Part shown: piece after piece, positions 11,934 through 24,959 of the stretch
Position numbering within the stretch: the stretch's first letter is position 1
How the letters are laid out: every line of letters starts with the position of its first letter
Assembly: GCA_035221665.1 (NCBI GenBank)
Contig: CM069165.1
Span: 3,596,001 to 3,660,000, forward strand
DNA from: Okamejei kenojei
Lineage: Eukaryota
Direction: 5' to 3'
Length of the DNA: 64,000 bases
Made by a program: the position numbers and the translations under genes
Notes under the pieces: generated by a model
Database searches by the model: none
What the model was told of the DNA's origin: nothing
Seen by the model: the letters and a program-made list of their open reading frames with translations, nothing else

Positions 11934-12260
11934 CTCACACGCCTTTCTCTCTCCCTTTATCTCTCGGCATTCCTCCCTCTCCTTCTCCCTCCATCTTTCT
12001 TTCTCTCCCTCGATCTTACCCTCTCCCTATTTATTTCCCTAATCCTCCTATTGTTCTCCTTCTTTCTTTCTCTCTCCTCCTATCTATCTCCCCATCTTCC
12101 TCTTTGTTTCTCCGCCTTTCACTCTTCCTCCTTCTCGCTTCATCTTTCATGCTCCCTCTGTCCGTTTCCCACTTACCCTCTTCCTCTTTCATACTCCCTC
12201 TTTCCCTCTCCATCCCCCATCCCCCCTCCTCTCTCTCCCGTTTTCCACTCCCTCTTTCAG

Positions 12261-12611
12261 ATCCGAAATTGAAGCTGCGATCTCCCCAAGTTACAATTCT
12301 CCAGCCGTCTGACCGTGAAATTAAAAACAAGGGCAAAGCCACTGTTGTTTGTCTCATCACTGATTTTTACCCGGACAACATAAAAATTCAATGGATTGTC
12401 GATGACGTTGGACAACCCAAAGATAGTCCTAACATCCATACAGATCCTAGCTCCCATAGCGAAGACGGAGGGGAGACCTTCAGTATCAGTAGTCGCTTTA
12501 GATTGGACGCCCGAGATTACGCAAAGGCCAAGAAGGTCGTCTGTCAAGTAGATCACTACAGGAATGGATCTACGCCACAAACTGAACAGCAAACCCACAT
12601 CATCAAACACG
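12261..12611 (+). CDS. TRBC: T-cell receptor beta constant region exon 1 (C1-set Ig domain)
   Basis: Long CT tract, then ...ctctttcAG|AT; 351 nt, phase 1/1; donor G|GTGAAA. Translation xPKLKLRSPQVTILQPSDREIKNKGKATVVCLITDFYPDNIKIQWIVD...FSISSRFRL...VVCQVDHY has the C-beta signature PS.xEI...KATxVCL..xFYPD, the conserved Trp and both Cys. Confidence 0.96.
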
Positions 12612-12895
12612 GTGAAATTTCTAACCGTAATGTCTTGTAAAGTTGTAGCATGACCCCCAACGTCTACACTTGATGCTCTCACTGATGATGGTCAGTGTGC
12701 CAAAAGCCTACTTAACCACCCTATCTACTTGTGATGCCACTTTTGAAGATCAGCTTCCCAATAACAGGGTGACCAACACGTTACAAAATATTCCATATGT
12801 GTCCTCACCAATATCGTGTGCAACTGTAATATGACCTCCCAAATTATATGTTTAATTCTAATTTGTTCTTGGTCTTCATCAGTCAGGGTATTGGG

Positions 12896-13010
12896 TATAT
12901 TTATGTTCTTTTAACAGAAGCTGAAATTCAAACAATGGAAGCTGACTTATCTGATCCTCATTTGTAAAACTATCGTCTGCGAAATAATTGTTTCTGCTTT
13001 AGCTTGCAAA
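12896..13010 (+). pseudogene. Duplicated, frameshifted copy of the TRBC transmembrane exon plus its acceptor, inside intron 1
   Basis: By hand about 74/93 nt identical to 16386-16486 with an 8-nt deletion; upstream intron end tatttatgttcttttaacAG matches tatttatattcctttaacAG. Confidence 0.9.
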
Positions 13011-14269
13011 AGTGACACAACAATCCCTCTGTCTCCAGTGGAATAACAACCATGGTTTTAGTATCTGGAAGGTATGCCAAAACCCATAAGGGCATGTGAT
13101 AGGAGCAGAACGAGGCCATTATGCCCATCAAGTCTACTCCGCGATTCAATCACGGCTAATCAAAATCTTCCTCCTAAAATCATTCTCCTAACTTCTCCCC
13201 ATACCCCTTGACACCCGTACCAATCGGAAATCTATGTCTGCCTTCAAAATATTCATTGAAAGTCTTCACAGCCGTTTTATAATTCCACACATTCACCACC
13301 CTGTGAAAAAATACTGTCCTCCTCCCCTCCTTCTTAACTGAACGTCCATTAATTCAAAGAGGCTGTAACCTTTGGTCTTAGACTCTCCCACTAGTGGAAA
13401 CATCCTCTCCGCAGCCACTCGTTGCAAGCCATTCGCTATTCTGTATTTTTAAATGACCCCCCCGCATTATTCTAAACTCCAGCGCCATCAAACGCTCAGC
13501 CTATGTATGATTCCTGGGATCATTCTTGTAAATCTCCTCTTGGCCCTCTCCAGAGCCAGCACATCCTTCGTTGAATATGGTGCCATAAACCGGCACAATA
13601 CTCCAAATGCAGCCTGACCTATGTATTTTCACCGCTCAGTGTATAGATGTTGACATAATATAACTTTATTTATCCCAGGAGGCTTGTAAATGATTTCAAG
13701 AAATCGTATCCCAGGTCCCTAGTGTCAGAATATCTACCCCACTACTTGGGATGCCTGTAGCACACTGCCAGGACAGGTGGTGGAGACAGATATGACAGTA
13801 GCGTTTATGTGGCTTTTAGGTAGACCCATGGAAGTGCAGGGAATCGAGGAATATGGATCACGTACAGGCAGATAAGGTTAACAAGGAAATGCAAAAACCG
13901 GTAAACACATGAAAGCACACAAACGTGGTTTAGGAGAATGATCCTGGGGATGATTGTTAACGTTCGATGAGCGTTTAATGGCGCCAGAGCCTGTTCTCGC
14001 TGTTTAGAAAGATGAAGGGAGACCTAGATGAGGCTCAGGTAGAGTAGATGTGGAGAGAATGGTTCCATTCGTGGGAGAGTCTTGGACCAGATGCCATAGC
14101 CTCAAAAAAAAAGGATAAGCCTTTGGAAAGGAGATGAAGAGGAATGTCTTTAATCAGAGGGTGGTGAATCTCTGGAATTAATTACCACCGAAGGCTGTGG
14201 GGTCATCAATTGATATTTTAAGGCCATCGACCATAATCACCCGTACTTTAGTTTGTTTTTATTTAGATT

Positions 14270-14540
14270 AGTTTAGTGATACAACTTGGAAATAGGCCCT
14301 CCTGTTCAATGAGTCCAAGCCAACCAACAATCCCCATCCTGCATACTGGGGATACTGACAATTTTACCCAAGTCTATTATTCTACAAACCCGCAATTCGT
14401 TGGACTGTGGGAGGAAACCGGAGCACCGGAGGAAACCCACGAAGTCACAGGGTGAACGTGCAAACTCCGTACAGACAGCACCCATACTCAGGATCAATTG
14501 CGCTCTAAGGCAGCAACACCAACGCTGCACAACTGTTTTG
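14270..14540 (-). mobile_element. tRNA-derived SINE; related copies at about 1945-2020(+), 23325-23470(+), 35700-35990(-), 36240-36500(+)
   Basis: tRNA-like head with A/B-box remnants (e.g. GGCACAGTGGTACAGCGG...GGTTCGATCC at 1951-2009) and shared body GAGTTTGCACGTT...CTCCGGTTTCCTCCCAC. Confidence 0.8.
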
Positions 14541-14705
14541 CCCTCACCCGAGAATATTGTGAAGTGTATATGGAGTCAATGGTGGGAAGCCTGGAATGTG
14601 CGAAGGACTGGGCTTCATCCAAAACTCTGCAATGTTTTGTAGCTTCGTTTCGTAAATGGGTATTTATGAAACCACTTAACGCATTTTCCATATTTCTTCT
14701 TACAG

Positions 14706-14726
14706 AGACTTGTGGCTTGAGTAAAG
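14706..14726 (+). CDS. TRBC: TRBC exon 2 (connecting peptide/hinge, E-TCGLSK, interchain Cys)
   Basis: ttttccatatttcttcttacAG|agacttgtggcttgagtaaag|GTGAGT; 21 nt, phase 1/1, in frame with exons 1 and 3; xCG motif matches the TCR-beta hinge. Confidence 0.9.
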
Positions 14727-16385
14727 GTGAGTGGCTCTACTTAAATAAGTATACCGTCATTATTTTAAGACTGTTTACCCTTTCTGTGAGTTAAAACTTA
14801 ATAATCTCACACAGCAATATATAGAGTGCATAAATACACTTCAGCCAAACCTGCCCACGCCAACCAACATGCCACATCTACACTATTACCATCTGTCAGT
14901 TGTTGGCCCACATCCCTCTAATGCTTTCCTATCCAGCCAACTGTCCAAACGTTTATTAAACGTTGTGATAGTGCTTGCCAGAACTACCCCTCCCCGCCCC
15001 CCCCACCCCCCCACCCCCCCCCCCCACGGCAGCATGTTACATACAGCCACTGTGCAGAAAACATTGTCCCTCAGGTTCCAATCAAAACTTTCTCCCGCTT
15101 ATCCCCCTCACCGTACACATATGGCGTCTGGTTCTCGATGCTCCATACTCTGGGCAAAAGACTATGCATCTTCTTGATCTATTCATCGCGTGATTTTGGA
15201 AAGCTCTTTAAGATAACCCTCATCCTCCTACATTACAAGGATTAAAGTCCGAGCCTGACTCAACCTTTCCCTGTAGCTCAGGCCCTTGAGTCATGGCAAC
15301 ATTTATGTAAATATTCTTGGCATCCTTTCCCGCTTAACAACATCTTTCCATAAATAGTGTGACCAAAACTGAACAAAATACCAAAAATGTGGCCTTACCG
15401 ATGTCTAGTACAGCTGCTATATTACCTATGTCCTCTGGGTCTTGATTCCCCTGTCGTGGGGGTAAAATACTGTACATTTACCCGATCTATTTCCCTCATG
15501 ATTTTATACAATATCAGATCACATCATCCTCCTGCGCTCCTAAGAATACATGTTTAGCCTGCCCAAACTATACATATAGCTCAGACACCCGAGTCCTGGC
15601 AACATTCTCGTAAATCTTCTCTGCACAATTTCCCGCACATCAGCATATTTCCTATAACATGGTGAATATAGTCCAAATGTGGCCTCACCAAAGTCTTCCT
15701 GTAACATGCTTTCCATATGTCTATACTGAAACTCTGAATAATGAAGGTAATGTGCCTCAGAAGACGGCTATGGGAATGCATCTGCCGACTCCAGCCAGGC
15801 AGGAGATACAGAGCCTCGGCCGCAGGGGGGCAAATCTGACCAGTCAATCCGCCGCGGAAGTCCCGATGAGGTCGAGATTAGCACCCACACTTGGCCTCAG
15901 CGTCGCATTTTCGAGGCGGATTTCCGGGAGGGATTTCAAGTATGCTCTCGTAGCATGTTTGAGCTAAAGGATGAGCCAAAGCTCCAGTTGCTGGAAAAAC
16001 AGTGGCGGTAATGTATATGTGCGTGCCCGCTTTCAGGGAATTATGTACTTGGACCACACGATCCCTCTGTACATCGATGCCGTTAAGGGTATTGGCAATA
16101 ACTATAGAATTCCCCCTTGCATACGACCTCCCAAAGTGCAACATCTCGCACATGCTCAGATTACAGTCCAACCGCCAATTTTCTACCCATTTATGTAGCT
16201 GATCTCTTTTCCACTAAATACGTTGACATCATTCTTCACAGTCCGCAACCCCAGCGTTTGTTCATTCATAAATATCCGTTATGTTAAAGTGCCTATACTA
16301 CTTCAGCAAGTAAGAAGTTATTTTTTAATAAACGTTATTCTTCACTCTAGATGTTATTTACCACATATTTATATTCCTTTAACAG

Positions 16386-16492
16386 AAGCTAAAGTTCAGA
16401 CATTGCAAACTGCGAAACTGATTTACCTGATCCTGATTTGCAAGAGTATTCTTTATGGAATAATTGTTTCTGTATTAGCTTGCAAAGCCAAG
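16386..16492 (+). CDS. TRBC: TRBC exon 3 (transmembrane, EAKVQTLQTAKLIYLILICKSILYGIIVSVLACKAK)
   Basis: cctttaacAG| ... AAG|GTAAGT; 107 nt, phase 1/0; hydrophobic helix with an intramembrane Lys and the Y..L..K..LY antigen-receptor TM motif. Confidence 0.95.
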
Positions 16493-17702
16493 GTAAGTCT
16501 TTCTGGAGATAAAAAATACAGATATATATCCAAGATATATATTGTTGAGTATAGAAGTTGTGAGAGCATGCTGCAGTTATATGAGATGTCGGGGAGGCCA
16601 CAGTTATAGTATTGTTTTCCACTTTTGTCACTATTATAGGAACGATGTTGTCAAACTTGAAAACGTCAAAGAAACGTCAAATAGATTTGCCACGACGTTG
16701 CCAGGACGCGAGGGACTGAGATGTAGAGAGAGATTGAGCAGGCTATGGCTTTATTCCTTGGAGCGCAGGGGGGCGAGAGATGATCTTATAAAGGTGTACA
16801 AATTATGAGAGGAATAGATCGGGTAGTCTTTTGCCGAGAGTATGGGAAACGACAACCAGAGAACAAAGGTTAAGGTGGAATGGGAAAGATTTAATGAGAA
16901 CCTGTGGAGTAACTGTTTTATACATAGGGTGGTGGGTGTGTGGAATCAGCTGCCACAGGAGATGTTTGAGGCAGGTACTATCGCACCGTTTCAGAAATAT
17001 TTAGACAGGTGCATCGAAAGGGTAGATTTAGAAGGATGGGTACAAACGCCGGCAGTTGGGACAAGTGTAGATTGGGCATGTTGCTCGGCATGAGCCTGTT
17101 TCCATGCTGTATAGACTCTATATCCATCTATCAGGGTAATTGGACCAATTTTGCATTGAGCTGGGAATCATTGAGTCGTCGAGTCATTCCACACGGAAAC
17201 ACGCCCTTTGTCTCAACATGCCTATGACGAGCAAGATGCACCATCTACACTAGTCCCACCTGCCCGCGTTTGGCCCATATCCCTCTCAAACTATCTTATC
17301 CATATACCTGTCGACAAAACATTGTGATAGTAACTGCTTTAACTACCTCCTCCAGCAGCTCTGTCCATATACGAACCTCCGTCTGTGTGAAAAAAGTTGC
17401 CCCCCATGTTCATTAATCTTTCCCCCATCCCCCCTCACTTTAAAGTATTTCCTTTGGTTCTCGATCACCCAGCCCTGGATAAAAAACTCTGCGCTTTGAA
17501 CCTATCTATTCGCCTCTTGTTTTTATAAAACTCCATACGATCACTCCTCATCCTCCACCCCTCCAAGGAAGAAAGTCGTAGCCTGCGCAACCTCTCCCTG
17601 TAGCTCGGGCATTTGAGTCTTGGCAATGTCCTTGTAAATTGTCCCTGTACTCGTTTCAATATTAAACAAAGGGACACAAATTGCTGCAGTAACTAACCCG
17701 CT

Positions 17703-20700
17703 GATCCCATTTGCCACAAGGGCAACATCTAACTCACTCGTAAATATAGCCCATGAACTGGCCTCAACTACCTTCTGTGGCAGAGAATTCCAGATTCACC
17801 ACTCTCTGTGTGAAATGTTTTTCTCATCTCGGTCCTAAACGACATCCCCCTTCATTCAAACTGTGACCCCTTGTTCTGGACTTCGCCAACATCGTGAGCA
17901 ATCTTCCTGCATCTAGCCTGTCCAAGCCCTTATGAATGTTGTACGTTTCTATAAGATCCCCTCACAATCTTCTAAATTCTAGCGAGTACAAGCCGACTGT
18001 ATCCACTGTTTCTTCATATGAAAGTTCTACCTTCCCAGGAATATGTCTGGTGAACCGTCTCTGTACTCGCTCTATGGCAAGAATGTATTTCCTCAGATTA
18101 GGAGACCAAAACTGTACACAATAGTCCAGATGTAGTCTCACCAAGACCCTGTACAACTGCAGTCTCCATGCTCTTATAGTCAAATCATTTTACCATGAAT
18201 GCTAACATACAATTCGCTTTATTCACTGCCTGCTGCACCTGCATGCCTACTTTCAATGACTGGTGTACCATGACACCCAGGTCTCGTTGCATCTCCCATT
18301 TTCCTAATCGGCAACCATTCAGATAATAGTCTACTTTCCTGGTATTGCCACCAAAGTGGATAACCTCACAATAAATCACATTATACTGCATGTGTCATGC
18401 ATTTTCCCACTCAGCCAACCTATCCAAGTCACCTTGCAGCCTCCTAGCATCCTCCTCACAGATAACACTGCCCCCCAGCTTCGTGTCATCCGCAATCTTG
18501 GAAATGTTGCATTCAATTCCCTCATCCAGAACATTAATGTATATTGTAAATAGCTGGTGTCCCAGCACTAAGCCTTGCGGTACAGCACTTGTCACTGCCT
18601 GCCATTCTGAAAAGGACCCGTTTACTCATACTCTTTGCATCCTGTCTGCCAGCCAGTTTTCTATCCACATCAATACTGACGCCCCAATACCGTGTGCTTT
18701 AAGTTTGCATTCTAATCTATTATGTGGGACCATGTCGAAAGCCTTCTGAAAATCCAGATATAACAAATTCACTGGACCCCCCCCCCCTTATCCACTCTAT
18801 TAGTTACATCAAACGTTCTATTAGTTACATCAAACATTCTTGAAGATTCGTCAGACAATAGTTACCTTTCATAAATCCATGCTGGCTTTGTCCAATGATT
18901 TCTCCACTTTCCAAATGTGCTGCTATCCCATCTTTAATAACTGACTAGCATTTTCCCCACTACCGATTTTAGACTGACTGGTATGTAATTCCCCGGTTTC
19001 TCTGTCCCTCCCTTTTTAAAAAAATGGGTTACATTAGCTACGCTCCAATCCTCAGGAACTACTCCAGAATCTAAAGAGTTATGAAACATTATCACTAATC
19101 CATCCACCATTTCTGGGGCTACTTCCTTATTTACTCTGGGTTGCAGCCTATCTGGCCCTGGCGATTTATCGGTCTTTAATCCATTCACTTTAGCTAACAC
19201 CACTTCCCGGCTAACCTGCATTTTACTCAGTTCCTCCATCTCATTTGATCCACGGTCCCATGCTATTTCCGGCAGATTATTTATGTATTCCTCAGTGAAG
19301 ACTGAACCAAGGTAATTATCCCATTGGTCTGCCATGTCCTCGTTCCCCATGATCAATTAATCTGTTTCTGACTGCAAGGGACCTATATTTGTTTTAACTA
19401 ATATTTTTCTCTTCACATATCTATAAAAACGTTTGCATTCAGTTTTTATACTCTCTGCCAGTATTCTTTCATAATCTATTGTCCATTTCATAATTAAGCC
19501 CTCCTCTGCTGTCGTCTGAATTTCTCCCAGGCCTCTGGTAGGCTGTATTTTTCTGGCTAATTTGTATGCTTCATCTATTATTTTGATACTATCCCTGATT
19601 TCCCTTGTTATCCACGCATGCGCTACCTTCCCTGATTTATTATTTTGCCAAACTGGGATGAACAATTATTGTAGTTCATCAATGCAATCAATAAATGCCT
19701 TCCATTGCATATCCACCGTCAACACTTTACGAATGAATTGCCAGTCTGTTGGCCAATTCACGTCTCATACCCGCAAAGTTACCTTTATTTAAGTTGAGAA
19801 CCCCCTGTTTCTGAATTAACAATGTCACTCTCCATCCTAATGAAGAACTCAAACATATTATGATCACTTTTGCCCAAGTGGCCATGCACAACAAAGCTGC
19901 TAACTAACCCTTCCTCATCACTCAATACCCAGTCTTGAATAGCCGGCTCTCTCGTTGGTTCATCTACATGTTGGTTTAGAAACCTATCCCGCATACCAAG
20001 AAATCCTCTTCCTCAGAACCTCTGCCAAATTGATTTACCCAATCTATATGTAGATTGAAGTCACCCATTATTACTGTTTTAACTTTGTTGCACGCATTTC
20101 TCATTTTCTGTTTGATGCCATCCCCAATTCCACTACTACTGTTAGGTCGCCTGTACACACTCCCACTAGCGTTTTCTGCCCCATCGTGTTTCGCAGCTCT
20201 ACCCATATCGTTTCCACATCCTCGAAGCGAATGTACTTCCTTTCTGTTGCGTTAATCTCCTCTCTAACCAGCAACGCTACCCCACGTCATTTTCCTTTCT
20301 GTCTATCCCTCCTGAATATTGAATATCCATCGATGTTCAGCTCCCAGCCTTGGTCACCCTGTAGCCATTTCTCCGTGGTCCCGACTATATTACATTCATT
20401 AATAATTATCTGCATATTAAACGTCCACCTTATTACGAATGTTCCTTGCATTGAGACACAAAGCCTTCAGGCTTGTTTTTACAACACTCTTGCCCCTAAT
20501 ACAATTATGTTGAAAAGTGGCCCTTTTTGATTTTTGCCCTGGAGTTGTCTGCCTGCCACTTTTACTTTTCACCCTGCTACCTATTGCTTCTACCCTAATT
20601 TAACACCCCTCGGTCTCCCTGCTCATGCTCCCATCCCCCTGCCACATTAAAATCGTCCCCGATAGCACTAGCAAACACTCCCCCAAGGACAATGGTTTAA

Positions 20701-21600
20701 TTCCAGCCCACGTGCAGACCGTCCTGTTTGTACTGGTCCACCTCCCCCAGAACTGGTTCCAAAGTCCTAGCAATTTGAATCCCTCCCCCTTGCACCATTT
20801 TCAAGACACGTATTAATCTGTAGTATCCTCCTATTTCTACTCTGACTGGCACGTGGCGCTGGTAGTAATCCAGTGATTATTACCTTTGACATCCTACTTT
20901 TAAGTTTTTCTCCGATCTCCCTAAATTCACCTTGTTGGACCTCATCCGGTTTTTTACCTATACAGTTGGTGCCAATGTGCACCACGACAACTGGCTGTTC
21001 ACCCTCCCCCTCCAGAATGTTCTGCAGCCGTTCTGTGACATCCCTGACCCTTGCACCAGGGAGGCAACTTACCATCCTGGAGTCTAGTTTGCGGCCTCAG
21101 AAACGACTATTTGTTCCCCTTACAATTGAATCCCCTATTGCTATAGCCCTTCCACTCTCCCCCCCCCCCCCCACTCCTGTGCAGCGGAGCCACAATGGGG
21201 CCATCAACTTGGCTGCTGCTGCCTTCCCCTGGAGAGCCATCTCCCCCATTAGTATCCAAAATTGTATAGCTGTTTAGGAGGGAGATGACTGCAGGGGATT
21301 CCTGCACGACCTGCCTGCTGCTACGCTGGCTAATGGCCACCCGTTACCTTTCTGTCCGCTTAACATTTACCTGCGGGGTGTGGCCAACTCACTGTACGTG
21401 CTATTCACGACTTTTTCAGCATCGTGGATGCTCCAGTATTAATGCAATCGCAGCTCCAATCATTCAATGCGGTCTGCCATGAACTGCAGCTGGACACACC
21501 TCCTGCAAACGTAGTCAACAGGGACACCGACCATATCCCTGATCTCCCACATTTTGCAGGATGAGCAACCCATGGGGCCGATCTCAACCGACATGGCTTA
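17703..21600 (-). mobile_element. Old near-full-length CR1 LINE in TRBC intron 3 (degenerate ORF1 esterase and ORF2)
   Basis: Collinear fragments: CLPGARVRDV...VVHIGTN (ORF1), VYRRPNS, MGDFN, KSDHN (APE), KSPGPD, VPQGLVLG, KIADD, RPHLDYCVQFWSP-like; many stops and frameshifts. Confidence 0.92.
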
Positions 21601-22487
21601 CCCCCAAATTAGATCAACTCACTCACACTATAACAACCTAAATCCTTTAAACTATACATTTACTAAAGAGCACTGATCCTTAACTCACTGTACCCTTAAC
21701 TCACTGAACCCTTAACTTCCTGTACCCTTAGTGAAAATTACCCAAAGAATAAATATTGAAGTCCAATAAAATCTGATTAAAGGTAGTTCAGCTATTTTAA
21801 ATGAGGTAGACGGGATATCAGGACGGCTCTCTAGTTGGTGAGATTGCTGTTTAGTTGTCTGATAATAGCTGTAATGAAACACTCCCGGAATCGTGAGGTA
21901 TGCGTTTTCAAACGTCTGTAGTTCGTCCCCGATGAGAGAGCGGAGAAGAGGCAGTCACCGGTGTGAGAACGCTCCTTGATTATGCTGGTGGCGTTGCCGG
22001 GACAGCGTGGTGTGGATAGATTCAATGTTTCGATTGCATGATTGTCTGTCCTCTCTGTGATTGCTTGCGGTCTTGAATGGAGATGTCCCAAAACATGTTG
22101 CGATGCATCCCGACAAAATGTTTTCTACGGTACATCTGTTGAACTTGGTGAGGACTGTTGGGAACGTGGCAATATCAAATATTCAGAGGATTTAGAGGTA
22201 TTGGTGTTTTTACCTGAGATATGGGCCAAACACTGGCAGGTGGGACGAATGCAGGTGGGACGGGTGCATATGGAACACCTTGATTGGCATGGGCAAGTAG
22301 TCAAATATCCAGTTTCGGTGCTGTATTGACTGAGACCCTCTATGCCGCTTCCCTCTCTGCTTCTCTCTCACTCACTCTCCTTCCACACCCCCGCTCCCCT
22401 CCTCCCTTGCTTTCTCTCTTCCCGTTGTCCTCATGTCAGGACCCTGCTGCATACTCAACTATTAATTTTGTATCTTTCTTATTTCAG

Positions 22488-22514
22488 ACATCTTACAACA
22501 AGAGGTTTGATTGA
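22488..22514 (+). CDS. TRBC: TRBC exon 4 coding part (cytoplasmic tail TSYNKRFD-stop)
   Basis: Strong pyrimidine tract tatctttcttatttcAG| in a non-repeat island; phase 0 matches exon 3; short tail then TGA, as expected for TCR-beta. Confidence 0.8.
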   Translation, partial: TSYNKRFD

Positions 22515-23492
22515 TGGACCAAGGTGATTCAACAACAATGGTACAACAGTAAGACATGTATCACGCATTTTATCAATTCGGATAGTTAAAACTGAAGAGT
22601 AGAGCACTGGAATAAGCCATTCAGCCCGCAACACTGTGCCAGAAACAATGCCAAATTTAACTGATCACCTCTGCATGCGTGTGATCCATATCCCTCCATG
22701 CCGTGCATATTCATTTGCCTACCTAAAATCCTGTTAAACGCCACTATCGTACCTGCGTCCACTACCGCCCCCAGGAGCACGTTGCAGGCCGCCACCCCCT
22801 CTTGAGTAAACAGTACTTGCTCTGGGCACCTCATTTAAAATTTACCCCTCTCGTTTTAAATCTATCGTGCCTCATAATGTTATAAATGTCCATCATGAGT
22901 CCCCTCAGTCTCTGGCATTTCAGAGAAAACAATCCAAGCATGTCCAACCTCTCCTTGTACTTTAAACCCTCTAATACAGGCAGTATTCTGAAACACATCC
23001 TCTGCTCTCTCCTCAACCTCTCCCAGGCATGAACAATGTTTTATAAAGCTGCATCGTGATATCCTAACATATACAATGCCCCGGCTTATGAAGGCAAGCA
23101 CACCGTATGACTTCTTTACCACTCGATCCACTTGTGTTGCCTTTTTCAGTGAGCTGTGGACTTGGAACAAAATCATACCGTACATCGATGTCTTCACGGG
23201 CATTGCCATTAACTGTACACGGGTCTCCTTACATTCAACCCCCCCGACGTGCAAAATATCCCACTTGCTCAGCTTAAGATCTATCTGACCTTTCCAGGGC
23301 CATTTATGTAGCAATGAGCGCCACAGTGGCGCAGCTGATAGAGCCACTGCATCACAGGTGCAGAGACCCAGGATAGATCATGAACCTCGGTTGCTGTCGT
23401 TCTGGAGTTTGCATATATTCCCGGTGACAACGTGGGATTCCTCCGAGTGCTCTGATTTTATCCTATGTCACGATTTTCTGATCTTTGATTTT

Positions 23493-23963
23493 AGAAACAT
23501 AGAAACATAGAAATTAGGTGCAGGAGTAGGCCATTCAGCCCTTCGAGCCTGCACCGCCATTCAATATGATCATGGCTGATCATCCAACTCAGTATCCCGT
23601 ACCTGCCTTCTCTCCATACCCTCTGATCCCCTTAGCCACAAGGGCCACATCCAACTCACTCTTAAATATAGCCAATGAACTGGCCTCAACTACCCTCTGT
23701 GGCAGAGAGTTCCAGAGACTCACCACTCTCTGTGTGAAAAAAGTATTTCTCATCTCGGTCTTAAAGGATTTCCCCCTTATCCTTAAGCTGTGACCCCTTG
23801 TCCTGGACCTCCCCAACATCGGGAACAATCTTCCTGCATCTAGCCTGTCCAACCCCTTAAGAATTTTGTAGGTTTCTATAAGATCCCCTCTCAATCTCCT
23901 AAATTCCAGAGAGTATAAACCGAGTCTATCCAGTCTTTCTTCATAAGACAGTCCTGACATCCC
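23493..23963 (-). mobile_element. Young 5'-truncated CR1 LINE
   Basis: (AGAAACAT)n tail; ORF2 C-terminus nearly identical to the copies at 42111 and 58275. Confidence 0.92.
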
Positions 23964-24959
23964 ATCCTGATTTTATATGAATGTTTCTTGATTTTATTGA
24001 TGTGCTAGTCCGACTGCAGACTCGTTATGTCTGCTCAGCATCATCAAGGACCCACACCACCCTGGCCACACACTCATCTCCCTGGTACCTTCGGGTAGAC
24101 GGTACATGCGCCTGAGAACTGCAACGTCCCGGTTCAGGAATAGCTACATCCCCACAGCCATCAGGGTATTAAACCTGGCATGGAAAAAAACTCTGGACTT
24201 TAATATCCCTCCATCTGTTATTTGCAAGTTATTAATTTATTAATTAATGTGCGTATTTACGTATATAATTGTAGTCAATGCCTACTATGTTCTGTTCTGC
24301 TAAGCAAATAAATAATTCCATCTTCCTGTCAGGGACACATGACAATAAACTCTTTTGACTTTGACTCTTTTGACTTTAACTTTGACTCTCCCAACGCACC
24401 CGTTCCATACCCGTAGCCCCCACGGGAGGCGTGGTTCTCCAACTGAACACTTTGCCCAACATAAGATTCCAGCACTCCTCTTCCTCCCCAGCACTGGACT
24501 TGAAATACAAAATCCCAATTGCACTTGCCCAATTGCAATACCAATTGACCCCCCCCCCCCGTCCTGCTGGGAGCTATGAAGAAATCTTTGTTGCAAATGT
24601 CAGCTGCACATGTTGTGATATGCCATTGAGTTGAAAAGTTCAGAGTGTTCCTGATTGCAACTTTAAAATGGAAGTGCGTTGGAAGCTGTGAGAAATGATT
24701 TTAACAGTAAAATCGTTTTCAATTTTTACGTTTTGAAACTTTATTCATAATAATTCGATAAATAAAGCATGAACTGTTAACATAATGTGATTCCGGCCTC
24801 GACGGGAAAAATGTCAACCGGAATATATAAAATTAAATTGTCGTTTCCACGTTGTTTTTTTTGTGACGATGTAAAGACAAGCGCATATACACACTCGTGC
24901 AAGATCAGAGTAAATGATGTTTATGATAGTATATGATGTCGTTTCATGCTCTCGCGACT

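Noticed and set aside
11768-12260. Hydrophobic N-terminal part of the 290-aa ORF
   Set aside because: Translation of the intronic CT tract; the real exon starts at the AG at 12259-12260.
24761-24766. AATAAA as the TRBC poly(A) signal
   Set aside because: Lies in a block homologous to the interspersed repeat at about 38730 and 40970.
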